From the NCBI GenBank assembly GCA_041601615.1, contig JBFIHX010000005.1:1-64000 (forward strand): DNA of 64,000 nucleotides, in the 5' to 3' direction. Made by a program: the position numbers and the translations under genes. This DNA comes from Thermoplasmatota archaeon. Its GTDB lineage: Archaea; Thermoplasmatota; E2; JACPAO01; JAHFTW01. The notes under the pieces are model-generated. The model was not told where the DNA came from. It saw only the letters and a list, made by a program, of their open reading frames with translations, and searched no databases. Of the stretch, positions 55,501 through 64,000 are shown piece after piece. The number at the start of each line of letters is the position of its first letter. Positions within the stretch are counted from its first letter, which is position 1.

Positions 55501-55698
55501 CTCAAGGCCAATGAATTGGGCACGGCTGCTTCGCCGCTCGTTGCTTGGGTGCCTGCGCCGGATCGGGCTCGGTTCACGGACGGGTTGCGCGAGTTGACGC
55601 ACGACACGGACTCGTTCTACCTCCTGGAACTGGCGTTTGACATGGCCGACGCATTGCTGCCGGCGCACCCGGAAGACGCGCTCCCGGTGGAGACGTGA
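52528..55698 (+). CDS. Large secreted acidic protein: beta-helix-like regions, long helical insert, His-rich segments
   Basis: Signal peptide; GTGDEDDPYVI motif; repeated xxNNxI strands; heptad-patterned insert; strong codon bias. Confidence 0.82.
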   Translation: MRKIMVVFLALLLLATPLAVAHKSNHEMQHQACDVMWMTPHGHGPDDGHRHEHDPDIAGPEHKDLHNHDPCNQSRMTYPDYESVAPITEIDPPTKELDPEEIIWNDNDATNSEVYIGGEAYQFPIAPGTFQEIDSLVISSNADAAALAAAGVISGTGDEDDPYVIQNLIVGRALIISDTDKCFVVKNNIVVDRVVEAPIVPDPDDLINVTKLIRELIELIDGLLADIAEYLGITEELEAARALWDENATIWENEKLVWDAEAAAKQAQLANMNARSASYDAQLAQWQQDIANYEGNYLNSIGITEQLASDFEYYMEQILGFDPTTVTQPTKSHQQFINNGQVVDIGALQDSFESYQDDASKLIGAVSETGQNPSETNFDVRDMIDENPPGATPPAGYSGSDWSSDLAQYDDYRQWILDEVTSYWGTLKADEPDYDGFAAFMEEYNGFQEEYAAFMGEYNSFTASHTAFQNDFNAFMDDYSSFLASNAASLDEYNALIADAEADIADAEALIDTVQGFAWKLGDLLFETIDQVLEHLLTLIFGLIDPHDPHEVANNNGQLVLDWNGQCLHVYNNVINDLRVNQNNDRTGFATGGILENNRIFTIGQIRHYDGIFRDNEVGNRAHLYSLIDPNITAPTNDQSVNNDGANQGWYFDNVIYGQVDLDFHGHHHSAGFFAPESHFHGSVYREAYMVNTDGSCKFTHDDLMPMPGHHQMHESDNDFEVLGETIIDGPDNEPCLPHHDHGKRWTSVFFNDNVIIDPNGLGLRFEDENHRADDEQANSENMRELKKPHFHQKWVQVENNTVVGKIFIDVLNAKGTFLWSDDWSEVENTAGIERSIEALDHPGARIAYSHPMRNDAWLDIQNNTVLQTQSVGVLVSDAEFMTKLQLNNNRAVGAPTSISGYSFEALRDWLWNARYASAASIADDVDDMGSGDRGVQNFVLVRNAIDKFNVVFCGNTLHRLDGSLVATDRIYQDGASTIDYDCTSDNDDDGLKANELGTAASPLVAWVPAPDRARFTDGLRELTHDTDSFYLLELAFDMADALLPAHPEDALPVET

Positions 55699-56186
55699 GC
55701 GGTTCCGGTTCCTTGTCCTCCATTTTTCCCGTTCCGGGACTGCTTCTTGGCTTGGCGGCGGTGGCGTTGCTTGTGACGGCCTTGCCGGGCATTCCGGTCG
55801 TGGAGCCGGAGGAGGGCTTTGCTGTGTTTCACATGAACAGCGCTCTTGCGGAGGGCAATTCCAAGTTCCAGGAGATCTTTGTCGTGGACCGGGTGGCGCC
55901 GGATTTGGCGGCAAACATCGAGGGCGTGGAGATGTTTCTGGATGGCGAGCCGTTTGCCGTGCTGTGGGAGCCGGCGTCGGGGCCGTTGCAGCGCAATGCG
56001 ACGTTTTCGTTTGTGATGGAGGCGTTTGACCAGCAGCAGGTGTTGACTGCGAAGTGGCAGGGCGAGGAAGTGATGCGCTGTCAATTTGGAGGCGGTGCCG
56101 GTTTTGCGGGGCTGCATCCGGATGAGCTTCGCAGCATGGGTCAGGGGCACAAGATTCGTTGCCTGGATGGGGCCGCAGACGGCTGA
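55695..56186 (+). CDS. Membrane-anchored hypothetical protein
   Basis: GTGA overlap with the upstream gene; N-terminal TM helix; two C-terminal Cys. Confidence 0.65.
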   Translation: MSGSGSLSSIFPVPGLLLGLAAVALLVTALPGIPVVEPEEGFAVFHMNSALAEGNSKFQEIFVVDRVAPDLAANIEGVEMFLDGEPFAVLWEPASGPLQRNATFSFVMEAFDQQQVLTAKWQGEEVMRCQFGGGAGFAGLHPDELRSMGQGHKIRCLDGAADG

Positions 56187-56558
56187 TTGGTCCGAGCGGG
56201 CCCGAAGGATGGGGTACGGTTGCTGTGTTCGCAGCGAGTGCCTTGCCGGCGGCCTCGTTTCAAACGAGGCGGGCTTGTTGCTTCGTGCTGGTGCGTTCGG
56301 CGGCGTCGCTTGCGGCGTGACCGTGGCTTGGGGTGGGGCAGGAGCGGATGGGGAATTGTTGCGGGGCTGCAAGGCGGTTGGGTGGGGGTTGCGCGGTTCT
56401 TCGTCGGAGCACGAAGGACGGGTCGCTCGCCGCAACGCTCGTTGCGTATCGTTCCCGAGGCCACCGCGGGTGGCCGCAAGGAGCACAGATGGGCTGGCAA
56501 TTCAGTCCGGAACATGGGGTGAAGGAGAGGGGGAAGTGGAGAAGGATTCGGGCCTGGC

Positions 56559-57683
56559 TTAGATAAGCGCCATTTGGTAGCCGTTGCCGGTTGCGGCTTG
56601 GTGTTCAAGGGTGTACAAGTGGTACATGTGGCCCTCGGCAACACCCATGTTGTTGACGTCGAACACGAAGATCAGGAACTCGATGCCGTTGTTGATCACG
56701 GCAAAGTTGGCGCTGCTTGGGACCGATGCTTCGAGCACTGCCCGCTTGGCGCACGCGGTCAAGTCGGTGTCGCAGCAGCGGTTTGGATCCAATTGGCAGG
56801 GCACATGCATGGCCCAGGCGAGCGGCAGGACGGGAGCGTAGAGCACTTCGACGTTGATGGTGTCTGTGCGGCTCTTGCCGGGCACGCATCCAAAGAATTC
56901 AGCATCGTATTCTAGGCACACTTGTGCGCTGGCAATGGATTGGACGTAGCCCGTGTCGGCGGCGGCTTGCACTTGGAATCCGTGTGCTTCGTGGACGAAC
57001 TCCAGCATGAATTTGATGACGATGTTGCAGATTCCGGGTTGCCCTACGATGCCGAAGCCGATGCGGTCGTCACGGAAATCCATGAGATTTCCGGCGGTTT
57101 CGTTGTCGTGGTTGCCGCCCTTGGTGTAGCGCTCTAGGGAGTTGAGCGCCAGTGTGGGTGCAAGCATGTCGTGGACTTGCCCATCGATGCAGTCTGCTTG
57201 TAGGGTGACAAATTCCATGCCGCGCGAGGTTTGTCGCGCGGTCCACTGGTTGGTGCCTGTGGGTTGGGGAGCCTCGCCTGCTTCTCGATCCAAACTTGGG
57301 AACCATCCGTCTCCAGGTTCGATCCAGAATGCGATGGGTTTGAACATATCCGCAGTAATGTGGACCGTGCCGTTGACAAAGCCTCGTTGTTTTTCTTGCA
57401 GTTGCGGCAGCAGGGCATCGGTGGGTGCGTGGGCGATGCCGCTGTCGCGAAGATCTTCGACATCCTGGGCCATGGGGTCGTCGGGGGTTCCCATGGTCAG
57501 ATCCTGACCTATGCGGCTGATGGTCCAATCGATGGTCGTTTGGGATGTCTCAAGCACGGAGCGTTCCAGTTTTTGTGTGCTGGATGGGTTCAGCTTGAGG
57601 GCCACGCCGGTTACGAGTGGGACCGCGAGTGTGGCCGCGACCAGGAGGGCGAGTGTCATCTTTTGTTTCTGATTCATGTTCAT
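56559..57683 (-). CDS. Secreted or membrane-anchored hypothetical protein
   Basis: N-terminal basic + hydrophobic segment; ATGA-coupled to the giant upstream ORF; several Cys. Confidence 0.72.
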   Translation of the reverse strand: MNMNQKQKMTLALLVAATLAVPLVTGVALKLNPSSTQKLERSVLETSQTTIDWTISRIGQDLTMGTPDDPMAQDVEDLRDSGIAHAPTDALLPQLQEKQRGFVNGTVHITADMFKPIAFWIEPGDGWFPSLDREAGEAPQPTGTNQWTARQTSRGMEFVTLQADCIDGQVHDMLAPTLALNSLERYTKGGNHDNETAGNLMDFRDDRIGFGIVGQPGICNIVIKFMLEFVHEAHGFQVQAAADTGYVQSIASAQVCLEYDAEFFGCVPGKSRTDTINVEVLYAPVLPLAWAMHVPCQLDPNRCCDTDLTACAKRAVLEASVPSSANFAVINNGIEFLIFVFDVNNMGVAEGHMYHLYTLEHQAATGNGYQMALI

Positions 57684-60600
57684 TGCCTCTTGAAAGCGAC
57701 CACGTCGTCGTACCATCCAACGCCGCGGCCGCTTCTGCCGGCGTCTGGACTTGGGAAAACATCTCCGACGCCTATGCGCTTGTCGGAGCCGGTTGTGATG
57801 GAGCTGGTGAAGGTGGAGTTGGTGTCATCGTCCAAGGTGACGGCGACGGAAGTGGAGGTCACTTCGACGCGGACGAAGTGCCATTCCTTCTCGTTCTTGA
57901 GGCAGACGCCGCCTTCGCTGATGCGGGTGTTGCCGTTGTAGAGGTGGACGCGCCAGTCGCCGGCGTCGCAGTCGATTTCTTGGGAGGGTCCAAGAGTGAC
58001 GGCCCAGCGGGGTGCGTCGTCGCTCTTGAGCCCGGATAGGATGGCCTGATGTTCTGGTTTGTTCAGGCTGTCCCCGATAGCGAAGGCGGCCTCGACGGTG
58101 TATTTGGAGCCGAGTCCGGTGGTTGGGAAGGAGGCGTAGGTGCGGCCGCCGGGGGATGTGGCTCCGGTGACTTGCAGGTAGCCGTTGCCTAGGAATCCGG
58201 ATCCAGCGTAGGTCTTGAGGCCGCTGCCGGTTTCGGACCAACCGAATGCGGTGAGGGGTTGCACGAAGGTGTGGTCGTGTCGGCTGGTGTCCATGTCGAT
58301 GCGTAGGCGATCGATGTCGACGGTGTTGGCGCCGCCGCCCGCTTCCACGGTTGCTGCGGGGCCGTCGGCGTGGAGGGGCACCCAGACGGAGGAGAGTTGG
58401 TCTCGTTGGATGAGGGCGTGGCCGTGGCGGATGAAGATGTCAAAGCGGTGCCAGCGGCTGTCGACGGAGCTGAGGATGGTCCAGTTTCCGTTGCCTTCTT
58501 CCACTTCGAGGGTGCTGTAGCGGACGCGGGCGCGTACCATCATGTCTCCGTCGTCGTTGCGCACGGTGAAGACGGGGTCTTCGATGGCTGGTTTGGCTTT
58601 GATGCGGAATGTCAGGTGCGAGGAGGACGGCAGATCTACGGGAGGGCTCTTGGCGGCGAGGGTGTGGCCGGAGTCTGGTTGGATGGAGAGGTAGGTGGGT
58701 CCTCCGGCGGTGCCGAGTGTGTTGGTGTCTTGGAGGGTTCCTTGACCGATGGGTTGCCAGCCGTCGCCGCCGAGGATGGGTTGGTCTTCCAGTAGGTTGC
58801 GCAGGTCCGAATCGAGGAGGCTCACTTTGGGTGCGGTCCACATGGCGGATGCTGATTGCACGCGTGTGGATTCCAGCCGGATGGGGCCGGAGAGCGGTAG
58901 GGAGCCGAGGTATGTTTCGTCCAGGAACGCTTCCATGCGTCCGTCGGCGGCTATGAGGTCGAAGCGGTACCACTGGGATTTGAGGGTGATGTTGCCGATG
59001 GCGATGCTTTGGTTTCCTACGGTCAGCGTTAGGGTGTTGCTGGCGTAGCGGAGGTGGGCGATGTCTCCTTCGTCGCCTTCGAGGGCTAGGAATTCGGTGC
59101 TTCCGGGGTTGGTTCCGGGGTTGCTCCATTGGGTCACGGTCAGCAATGCGGAGTGCGCGGCGAGGGGTGTGTGTAGGGATCCGCCGTAGGTGTAGCCAAG
59201 TTTCTGGGATGTTCCGTCGGGTCCGTAGCCGTTGTAGTAGTTGTGGGCGTTGCCTTGGGGTTGCATTTGTGCAACTTGGGGTTGGATGCCGTCTTTGGCG
59301 AAATGGAAGGAGTGGCGCCATGCTGTGCTGCGGCCGTTGTTGGCGGTCACGAGCAGGGTCACTTCCTCTTGTTGGTCTTCGTCAAGGTCAATGGTTGCTT
59401 CGTAGCGGTTGCTGCCGACGGAGGTGAAGCTGATGGGTCCGAGCCGGCTGGTGGCTTGGATGTCCATGGTGGCGTCCGGGTGGGGTGGGGTGATTTCGAG
59501 GGCGAGCGTGAACACGCCGGGGTCGGTTTCGCTGGACCAGATGGTGGTGCCGGGCGTTGAGACGGAGGCGACGTGGCCGCTTACGGGCAATCCGAGGTCG
59601 CCGGAGCCGAGGCGGGTGGTGCCGGCAAAGCTTGGACTCAGGAGTCCGATGCTCGGTAGTTCGGCGTTCACGAAGATTTCGAGGACTTGGCAGGTGCCGG
59701 GGTTGCCTGCTTGGTCGACGGGGCAGAGGGTGTAGGTTGCCAGTTCGTTCGTGGGGGGCGTTGTGTCTTCGTAGCGGCTGGCGTGGGTCCAGGTTTCGTT
59801 GCTGGTGCCGCTGGTGCTTGTGCGTTGCACGAGGATGTGGCTAGGGTTGCGCTCGGCGAGGGTGTAGTCGATGCCGACGGTGCCGGATTCGTAGTTGATG
59901 CTGTTTGCGTCGAGGAGGGGGGCGGTGCGGTCTCCTTCGACTTGGCCTAGGTATATTTCGAGTTCGTTGGCGGCGCCATCGAGGACGCGGACGTAGGCTT
60001 GGAGGGCTTGGTTTTCGAGTTCGGCGGGGATGTCGAGCAGCGTTCCGGGGCCGGCGGTGATGAGCGGTGTGCTGTTGGCGTCGGGTCGTAGTTCGATGGC
60101 GTTCCAGGTGATGCCGGTGTCGACGGCGCCTTGGTCGTCAAGGGCGGTCCAGGTTTGGTTGATGCCGGCGGCTCCGATGAGGGCGGGGAGGCTTGGTGGG
60201 TCCTGGATTGCGGGGGCCACGAGGTCGATGACGAAGGCGGAGGAATGGTTGGTCCAGGTGTGGCCGGCGCCGTCTTGGCCGTGCAGAACGAGTTGGACTT
60301 CTTGGCCGTGGAAGCGGGTGTACTTGGTGTCGTTTAGGTGGATGGTTTCGTGGATGGTCAGGGTTTGGTTGCCGGATTGGGTCTGGATGGGTTCTGTGTC
60401 GCTGCCGTCGGTGGTTTGTAGGAACAACTCGAAGGTGATGGCTTCGCAGCCGCCGCTGACGAGTTGGCCGGCGGCGATGATGGGGCGGTAGCCGATGGCT
60501 TCGCCCATGGCTTGGATGTTGTTTCCGACTTCGCGGAAGAAGCCGTCGAGGCCGGGGAGGGGGTTGCCGAGGGGGTGGCGGCGGTCTACGACGACGAGGG

Positions 60601-63600
60601 TGGCGCCGGAGAGGAGGATGTTGCGTTCTTCTTCGGGCATGTTTTGGAGTTGGACTTGGGTCCAGTGTTCGCCGTTTTGGACCATGTCGTAGCCGTCGAC
60701 GAGGAGGAGGTAGATGTCTTCGCCCCATTGCCAGGGGTCGATGGTGGCGTTTTCGCTCCATTCGGGGGCGTAGTGGGGTTCGGTGGTGGAGTGGACGGGT
60801 TCGACGGCTAGATTGCTCAGGACGCGCAGCAGGCGTAAGTCGTCGAGGCCGCTGCCGGTGTCCCAGCCGCTGTAGGTGACGTTGATGGGGCCGGTTTGGG
60901 GGCCGCTGCAAATGGTGGTCTTGGGAATCAGTTCGTAGCCGGGAACGTCGAAGTCGGTTTGGACGGATCCGAGGTTGTAGGTGGTCTCGTGTGTGACGTT
61001 GTCGATGGCTTGGACGGACACGTTGACGGTGGCGCCGGATCGGGTCGTGGGCGGCATGAGGGGTTGGCCCGATTCGGCTTGGGTCTGCCCGCCAAAGATT
61101 GGGTCGCCGTTGCTGGCGATGGCGTGGCTGGATGCGATGCCGCTGGCAGCTCGGCCGGGGCCGGGGATGGGGTCGATGGGGGTCCAGGCGAGCAGGAAGC
61201 CGTTGGGGCCGGTGTAGAGGGGCAGGGTGGGCAGTGGGTCGATGACGGGGGCGGTGTCGTCGGGGATGAACGGTCCGATGGTTTGCTCGGTGCTCCAGCC
61301 AGCGTGGTCCACGACGGTGCCGTTGAATGTGATGGGCATGCCTTCGTAGGTTGCAAGCTCCGCGTGGCTCAAGGTGAACGGTTCACCGGGGGGTGCTTGG
61401 GCGCCGAGGCCGGTATCGGAGAGGCTTCCGTTCCATGCGGTGGTGGTGCCGAGGGGGCTTGTTAGGTGGATGCTGCCAGATACGACGCCGTTGCAGTGCA
61501 GGAGGGCGGCGTCGGTGGCTTGCCATTGGGCTTGGAGTCCGTTGGTGGGGTCGAAGAATCCGGTCGTGGTGGGTTGCAGCCATTCTAGTTCGGGGGCGTC
61601 GGCGTCGATGCTGGCGCGGCCCCAGCTGTTGTTGGTGGTGGCGATGTTGCCGGCCGTGTCTGCTCCCCGGAGGGCGTAGAATACGTCTCGGCTGGCGCCG
61701 CTGGGGGTGTGGAATGCGGCGATGCGGGGGAAGTCGCCACTCCAGTCTACGATGGTGTTGTTTTGGGCGAGGCTCCAGATTCCTCCGAGGCCTTGTTCTC
61801 GTTCTCGCAGATTGAGGTAGTGGGGGCTTTGGTTGTCGCTCATGGCGTAGCCGAATTGGCCGTAGCCGCTGCGGTAGCAGACGCCTTGGGGTCCGAGGGT
61901 GGGGGAGAGTAGGGGCGGGTTGGGGTCGGGGTCGCCGAGGTTGACGGTTTTGGTTGCGGTGTTGTTGGCTTGGTCCCAGACTTGGATGTGGGCGGTGATG
62001 TTGCCCACGAGCGAGGGCAGGAGCGGCACTTTCACTTGCATGGCGTGGCTCCAGTCGTTGATGTTCTGGGTGTGGTTGGCTAGTTGGTTGTAGTTGCCTT
62101 CGTCGCTGATGTGGATTCGGAATTGGTCCACGAAGCAGGTTTCGGCGGGCTCTACGAGGTCGTACAGGAATGCGAGGTCCTTGTTGGGGAGCTGGCCGTT
62201 GGTGGGAAGGGGAATGTGGGTGTTGGGGTAGTTTTCCCAGAGGCCCACGCCGTAGTTGAAATTCGAGTTGACTCGGATTTGGGGGGCGTCGTTGTCGAAG
62301 TGAATCTTGTAGCTGGCTTGCCGCAGCGCTTCGAAATGGGTGGCGCCGAGACCCTGTAGGTAGGCGGGCGTGTATTGCATGCCGTTGCCGGCGCGGTCTT
62401 GGGCGTCGACGACGAGGAACGTCTTGGCGATTTGATCTCGGGTCAGGGCGTCGAATTGGTGGCTTTCGAGGTTGAGTTCGTTGGCGGTGTGGTGGATGGT
62501 TGCGAGGACTTCCATGGTGCGGTTGAGGTGGACCATGATGAGCCGGGCTTGCTTGATGCCGCTGGGTTCGTAGGCACTGGCGGAGCCGCTGGGTTTCCAG
62601 TCTTTGGCGCCCCATTCGATGGGTTGGTTGTTGTTGGGTCCGAGGCAGAGGAAGTCGCCGGCGTGGATGTTGAGGGGTAGGGGGGCTTCTGTGTCTACGA
62701 TGATGCGGCCGGTGGTGTTTTCGGTTTGGTGGCCGGCGCGGTCTTTGGCCCAGACGCGGAATTCGAGGTGGCGGCCGAGCACGCTTTGGACGACGGTGGA
62801 GTTGATGGTGCCGGTGAGTACGGTGGTCGCGGTGCCGATGGTGGGGCTTTGGTGGTCGAGGGGTCGCCAGATGCCGGCGCCACTGACGCGGTATTCGAGG
62901 GTTGCTTCTTCGATGCCGCAGTTGTGGGTGCGTTCGGCGTCGATGGGGCGGTCGTCGACCAGGAATTGCACTTGGAGGCTGCCGTCGGGGGCGAGGTCTT
63001 TGGTGCCGAGGTAGGATGGGGTGGTGCTGTTGGGGTCGGGTAGGAGCCCTTCGGTGCTGCCGAGGCCTAGGAGGCGGGGGCCGGAGGTGTCTACGACGAC
63101 GTTTTGTATGCTGGCGATGGCGGCGTGTCCGGCGTGGTCGATGATGTGGCCTTGGATGGAGTAGGATTCGCCGTCCACGTAGGCTTCTGGGGGTAGGGTC
63201 CAGAGGTTTTGTTGGTCGTTGAAGGTGGGATTGAGCAGCGGGTAGGTTTGGTTGCTGATGGCGCCGGTTGCGAGGACTTGGAGTTCTGCGATTCCGCTGG
63301 CGCGGTACGCGGGGTCGGTGCCCCAGTTGCCGCGTGGGTCGTAGCTGCGGTAGTAGATGCCGGCGTCGGAGCCGGATAGGCAACCGGCGTTGAGTTCTAG
63401 GACGGGGCGGGTGCGGTCGACGAGGATGCGGCTGCCGGTCCAGGGGCCGGTGGTTCCGGTGGGGTCGACGGCGCGGCCTTGGATGTGGATGGTGACGCCT
63501 TCGGGTACGTCGGGGAGTTTGACGAGGCGTTCGCTGCTGAGTCCTTGGTTGTCTATTTGTCCGGTGCTTGTGCGGGTGGCAAATTCGTATCGTATGCCTG

Positions 63601-64000
63601 GTTCGAGGTCGGTGCCGAGGGCGATGAGGCTGGTGTTGCCGTGGACGGCGAGGGTACCGTCGGGTAGCAGTGTGTGGGGAAGGCCTGCGAGGTTTCCGGG
63701 GTGCAGGGTGGCTGCGCTGCGGTTTTGGGCGGTGACGAGGAGGTCATCCAAGGTATCGAAGGTGAGGTCGCGCACGAGGTAGGCGTATTGGGTGACGAGG
63801 GGCCATTGGAGGGTGTTGTGGATGCTGGCGGCTTTGGTTTGCTCGGCGGGTGCCTCTTGCCAGCCGCTTCCGGTGTCAACGTGGGTGACGGTCCAGAGTA
63901 CGCGGGACTCGGTGCCGGTGGTGAATTGGAAGTTGTGTGTGGCTTCGCCGTTGGGGTTTTGGACTTCCACGGTGGCGATGCGCCCGGGGGTGCCCAGGAG
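57680..64000 (-). CDS. Giant surface protein (>2090 aa; N-terminus outside the window) with tandem Ig-like repeats and C-terminal LamG/ConA-like domains
   Basis: Recurrent D-x-AG[NH]...D-x-x-x-P repeat ends; W[YH]RFD and WHFVRV beta-sandwich motifs; frame open to the window edge. Confidence 0.85.
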   Translation of the reverse strand, partial: LLGTPGRIATVEVQNPNGEATHNFQFTTGTESRVLWTVTHVDTGSGWQEAPAEQTKAASIHNTLQWPLVTQYAYLVRDLTFDTLDDLLVTAQNRSAATLHPGNLAGLPHTLLPDGTLAVHGNTSLIALGTDLEPGIRYEFATRTSTGQIDNQGLSSERLVKLPDVPEGVTIHIQGRAVDPTGTTGPWTGSRILVDRTRPVLELNAGCLSGSDAGIYYRSYDPRGNWGTDPAYRASGIAELQVLATGAISNQTYPLLNPTFNDQQNLWTLPPEAYVDGESYSIQGHIIDHAGHAAIASIQNVVVDTSGPRLLGLGSTEGLLPDPNSTTPSYLGTKDLAPDGSLQVQFLVDDRPIDAERTHNCGIEEATLEYRVSGAGIWRPLDHQSPTIGTATTVLTGTINSTVVQSVLGRHLEFRVWAKDRAGHQTENTTGRIIVDTEAPLPLNIHAGDFLCLGPNNNQPIEWGAKDWKPSGSASAYEPSGIKQARLIMVHLNRTMEVLATIHHTANELNLESHQFDALTRDQIAKTFLVVDAQDRAGNGMQYTPAYLQGLGATHFEALRQASYKIHFDNDAPQIRVNSNFNYGVGLWENYPNTHIPLPTNGQLPNKDLAFLYDLVEPAETCFVDQFRIHISDEGNYNQLANHTQNINDWSHAMQVKVPLLPSLVGNITAHIQVWDQANNTATKTVNLGDPDPNPPLLSPTLGPQGVCYRSGYGQFGYAMSDNQSPHYLNLREREQGLGGIWSLAQNNTIVDWSGDFPRIAAFHTPSGASRDVFYALRGADTAGNIATTNNSWGRASIDADAPELEWLQPTTTGFFDPTNGLQAQWQATDAALLHCNGVVSGSIHLTSPLGTTTAWNGSLSDTGLGAQAPPGEPFTLSHAELATYEGMPITFNGTVVDHAGWSTEQTIGPFIPDDTAPVIDPLPTLPLYTGPNGFLLAWTPIDPIPGPGRAASGIASSHAIASNGDPIFGGQTQAESGQPLMPPTTRSGATVNVSVQAIDNVTHETTYNLGSVQTDFDVPGYELIPKTTICSGPQTGPINVTYSGWDTGSGLDDLRLLRVLSNLAVEPVHSTTEPHYAPEWSENATIDPWQWGEDIYLLLVDGYDMVQNGEHWTQVQLQNMPEEERNILLSGATLVVVDRRHPLGNPLPGLDGFFREVGNNIQAMGEAIGYRPIIAAGQLVSGGCEAITFELFLQTTDGSDTEPIQTQSGNQTLTIHETIHLNDTKYTRFHGQEVQLVLHGQDGAGHTWTNHSSAFVIDLVAPAIQDPPSLPALIGAAGINQTWTALDDQGAVDTGITWNAIELRPDANSTPLITAGPGTLLDIPAELENQALQAYVRVLDGAANELEIYLGQVEGDRTAPLLDANSINYESGTVGIDYTLAERNPSHILVQRTSTSGTSNETWTHASRYEDTTPPTNELATYTLCPVDQAGNPGTCQVLEIFVNAELPSIGLLSPSFAGTTRLGSGDLGLPVSGHVASVSTPGTTIWSSETDPGVFTLALEITPPHPDATMDIQATSRLGPISFTSVGSNRYEATIDLDEDQQEEVTLLVTANNGRSTAWRHSFHFAKDGIQPQVAQMQPQGNAHNYYNGYGPDGTSQKLGYTYGGSLHTPLAAHSALLTVTQWSNPGTNPGSTEFLALEGDEGDIAHLRYASNTLTLTVGNQSIAIGNITLKSQWYRFDLIAADGRMEAFLDETYLGSLPLSGPIRLESTRVQSASAMWTAPKVSLLDSDLRNLLEDQPILGGDGWQPIGQGTLQDTNTLGTAGGPTYLSIQPDSGHTLAAKSPPVDLPSSSHLTFRIKAKPAIEDPVFTVRNDDGDMMVRARVRYSTLEVEEGNGNWTILSSVDSRWHRFDIFIRHGHALIQRDQLSSVWVPLHADGPAATVEAGGGANTVDIDRLRIDMDTSRHDHTFVQPLTAFGWSETGSGLKTYAGSGFLGNGYLQVTGATSPGGRTYASFPTTGLGSKYTVEAAFAIGDSLNKPEHQAILSGLKSDDAPRWAVTLGPSQEIDCDAGDWRVHLYNGNTRISEGGVCLKNEKEWHFVRVEVTSTSVAVTLDDDTNSTFTSSITTGSDKRIGVGDVFPSPDAGRSGRGVGWYDDVVAFKRQ

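Noticed and set aside
1-64000. Integron integrase, transposase, tRNA or rRNA genes
   Set aside because: No tyrosine-recombinase, DDE or HUH motifs seen in any ORF and no cloverleaf or rRNA signature recognised by eye; tRNAscan-SE/Infernal would be needed to exclude RNA genes

Overview
High-GC archaeal chromosomal segment. DP2/PolC, archaeal uS12/uS7, Sec61-beta, NOB1 and a PAC2 proteasome chaperone establish the domain. The gene mix fits an uncultured Thermoplasmatota heterotroph, but that lineage call is inference. Housekeeping genes are interleaved with secreted or lipid-anchored peptidases (two S8, M14, M28) and very large surface proteins. Three things stand out. (1) A complete lasso-peptide (RiPP) cluster at about 42.8-50.3 kb: HPr-kinase-like kinase, RRE/B1, B2 peptidase, GNAT, cyclase, ABC exporter and nucleotidyltransferase. 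It includes a 39-aa precursor missing from the ORF track (45329-45448, minus; MDPIQNRPWKAPQLRMEGKLAPL|GGADPDVEGTYKYTPS) that ends in Ser and lacks the canonical Thr(-2). (2) Two small integron-cassette arrays with four attC-like sites and no integrase in the window; in three cassettes the start pairs over 11-15 bp with the cassette's own R'' arm. (3) Synonymously recoded duplicates of the 3' ends of polC and rps7, plus an AT3-rich patch across the empty intein site of polC.
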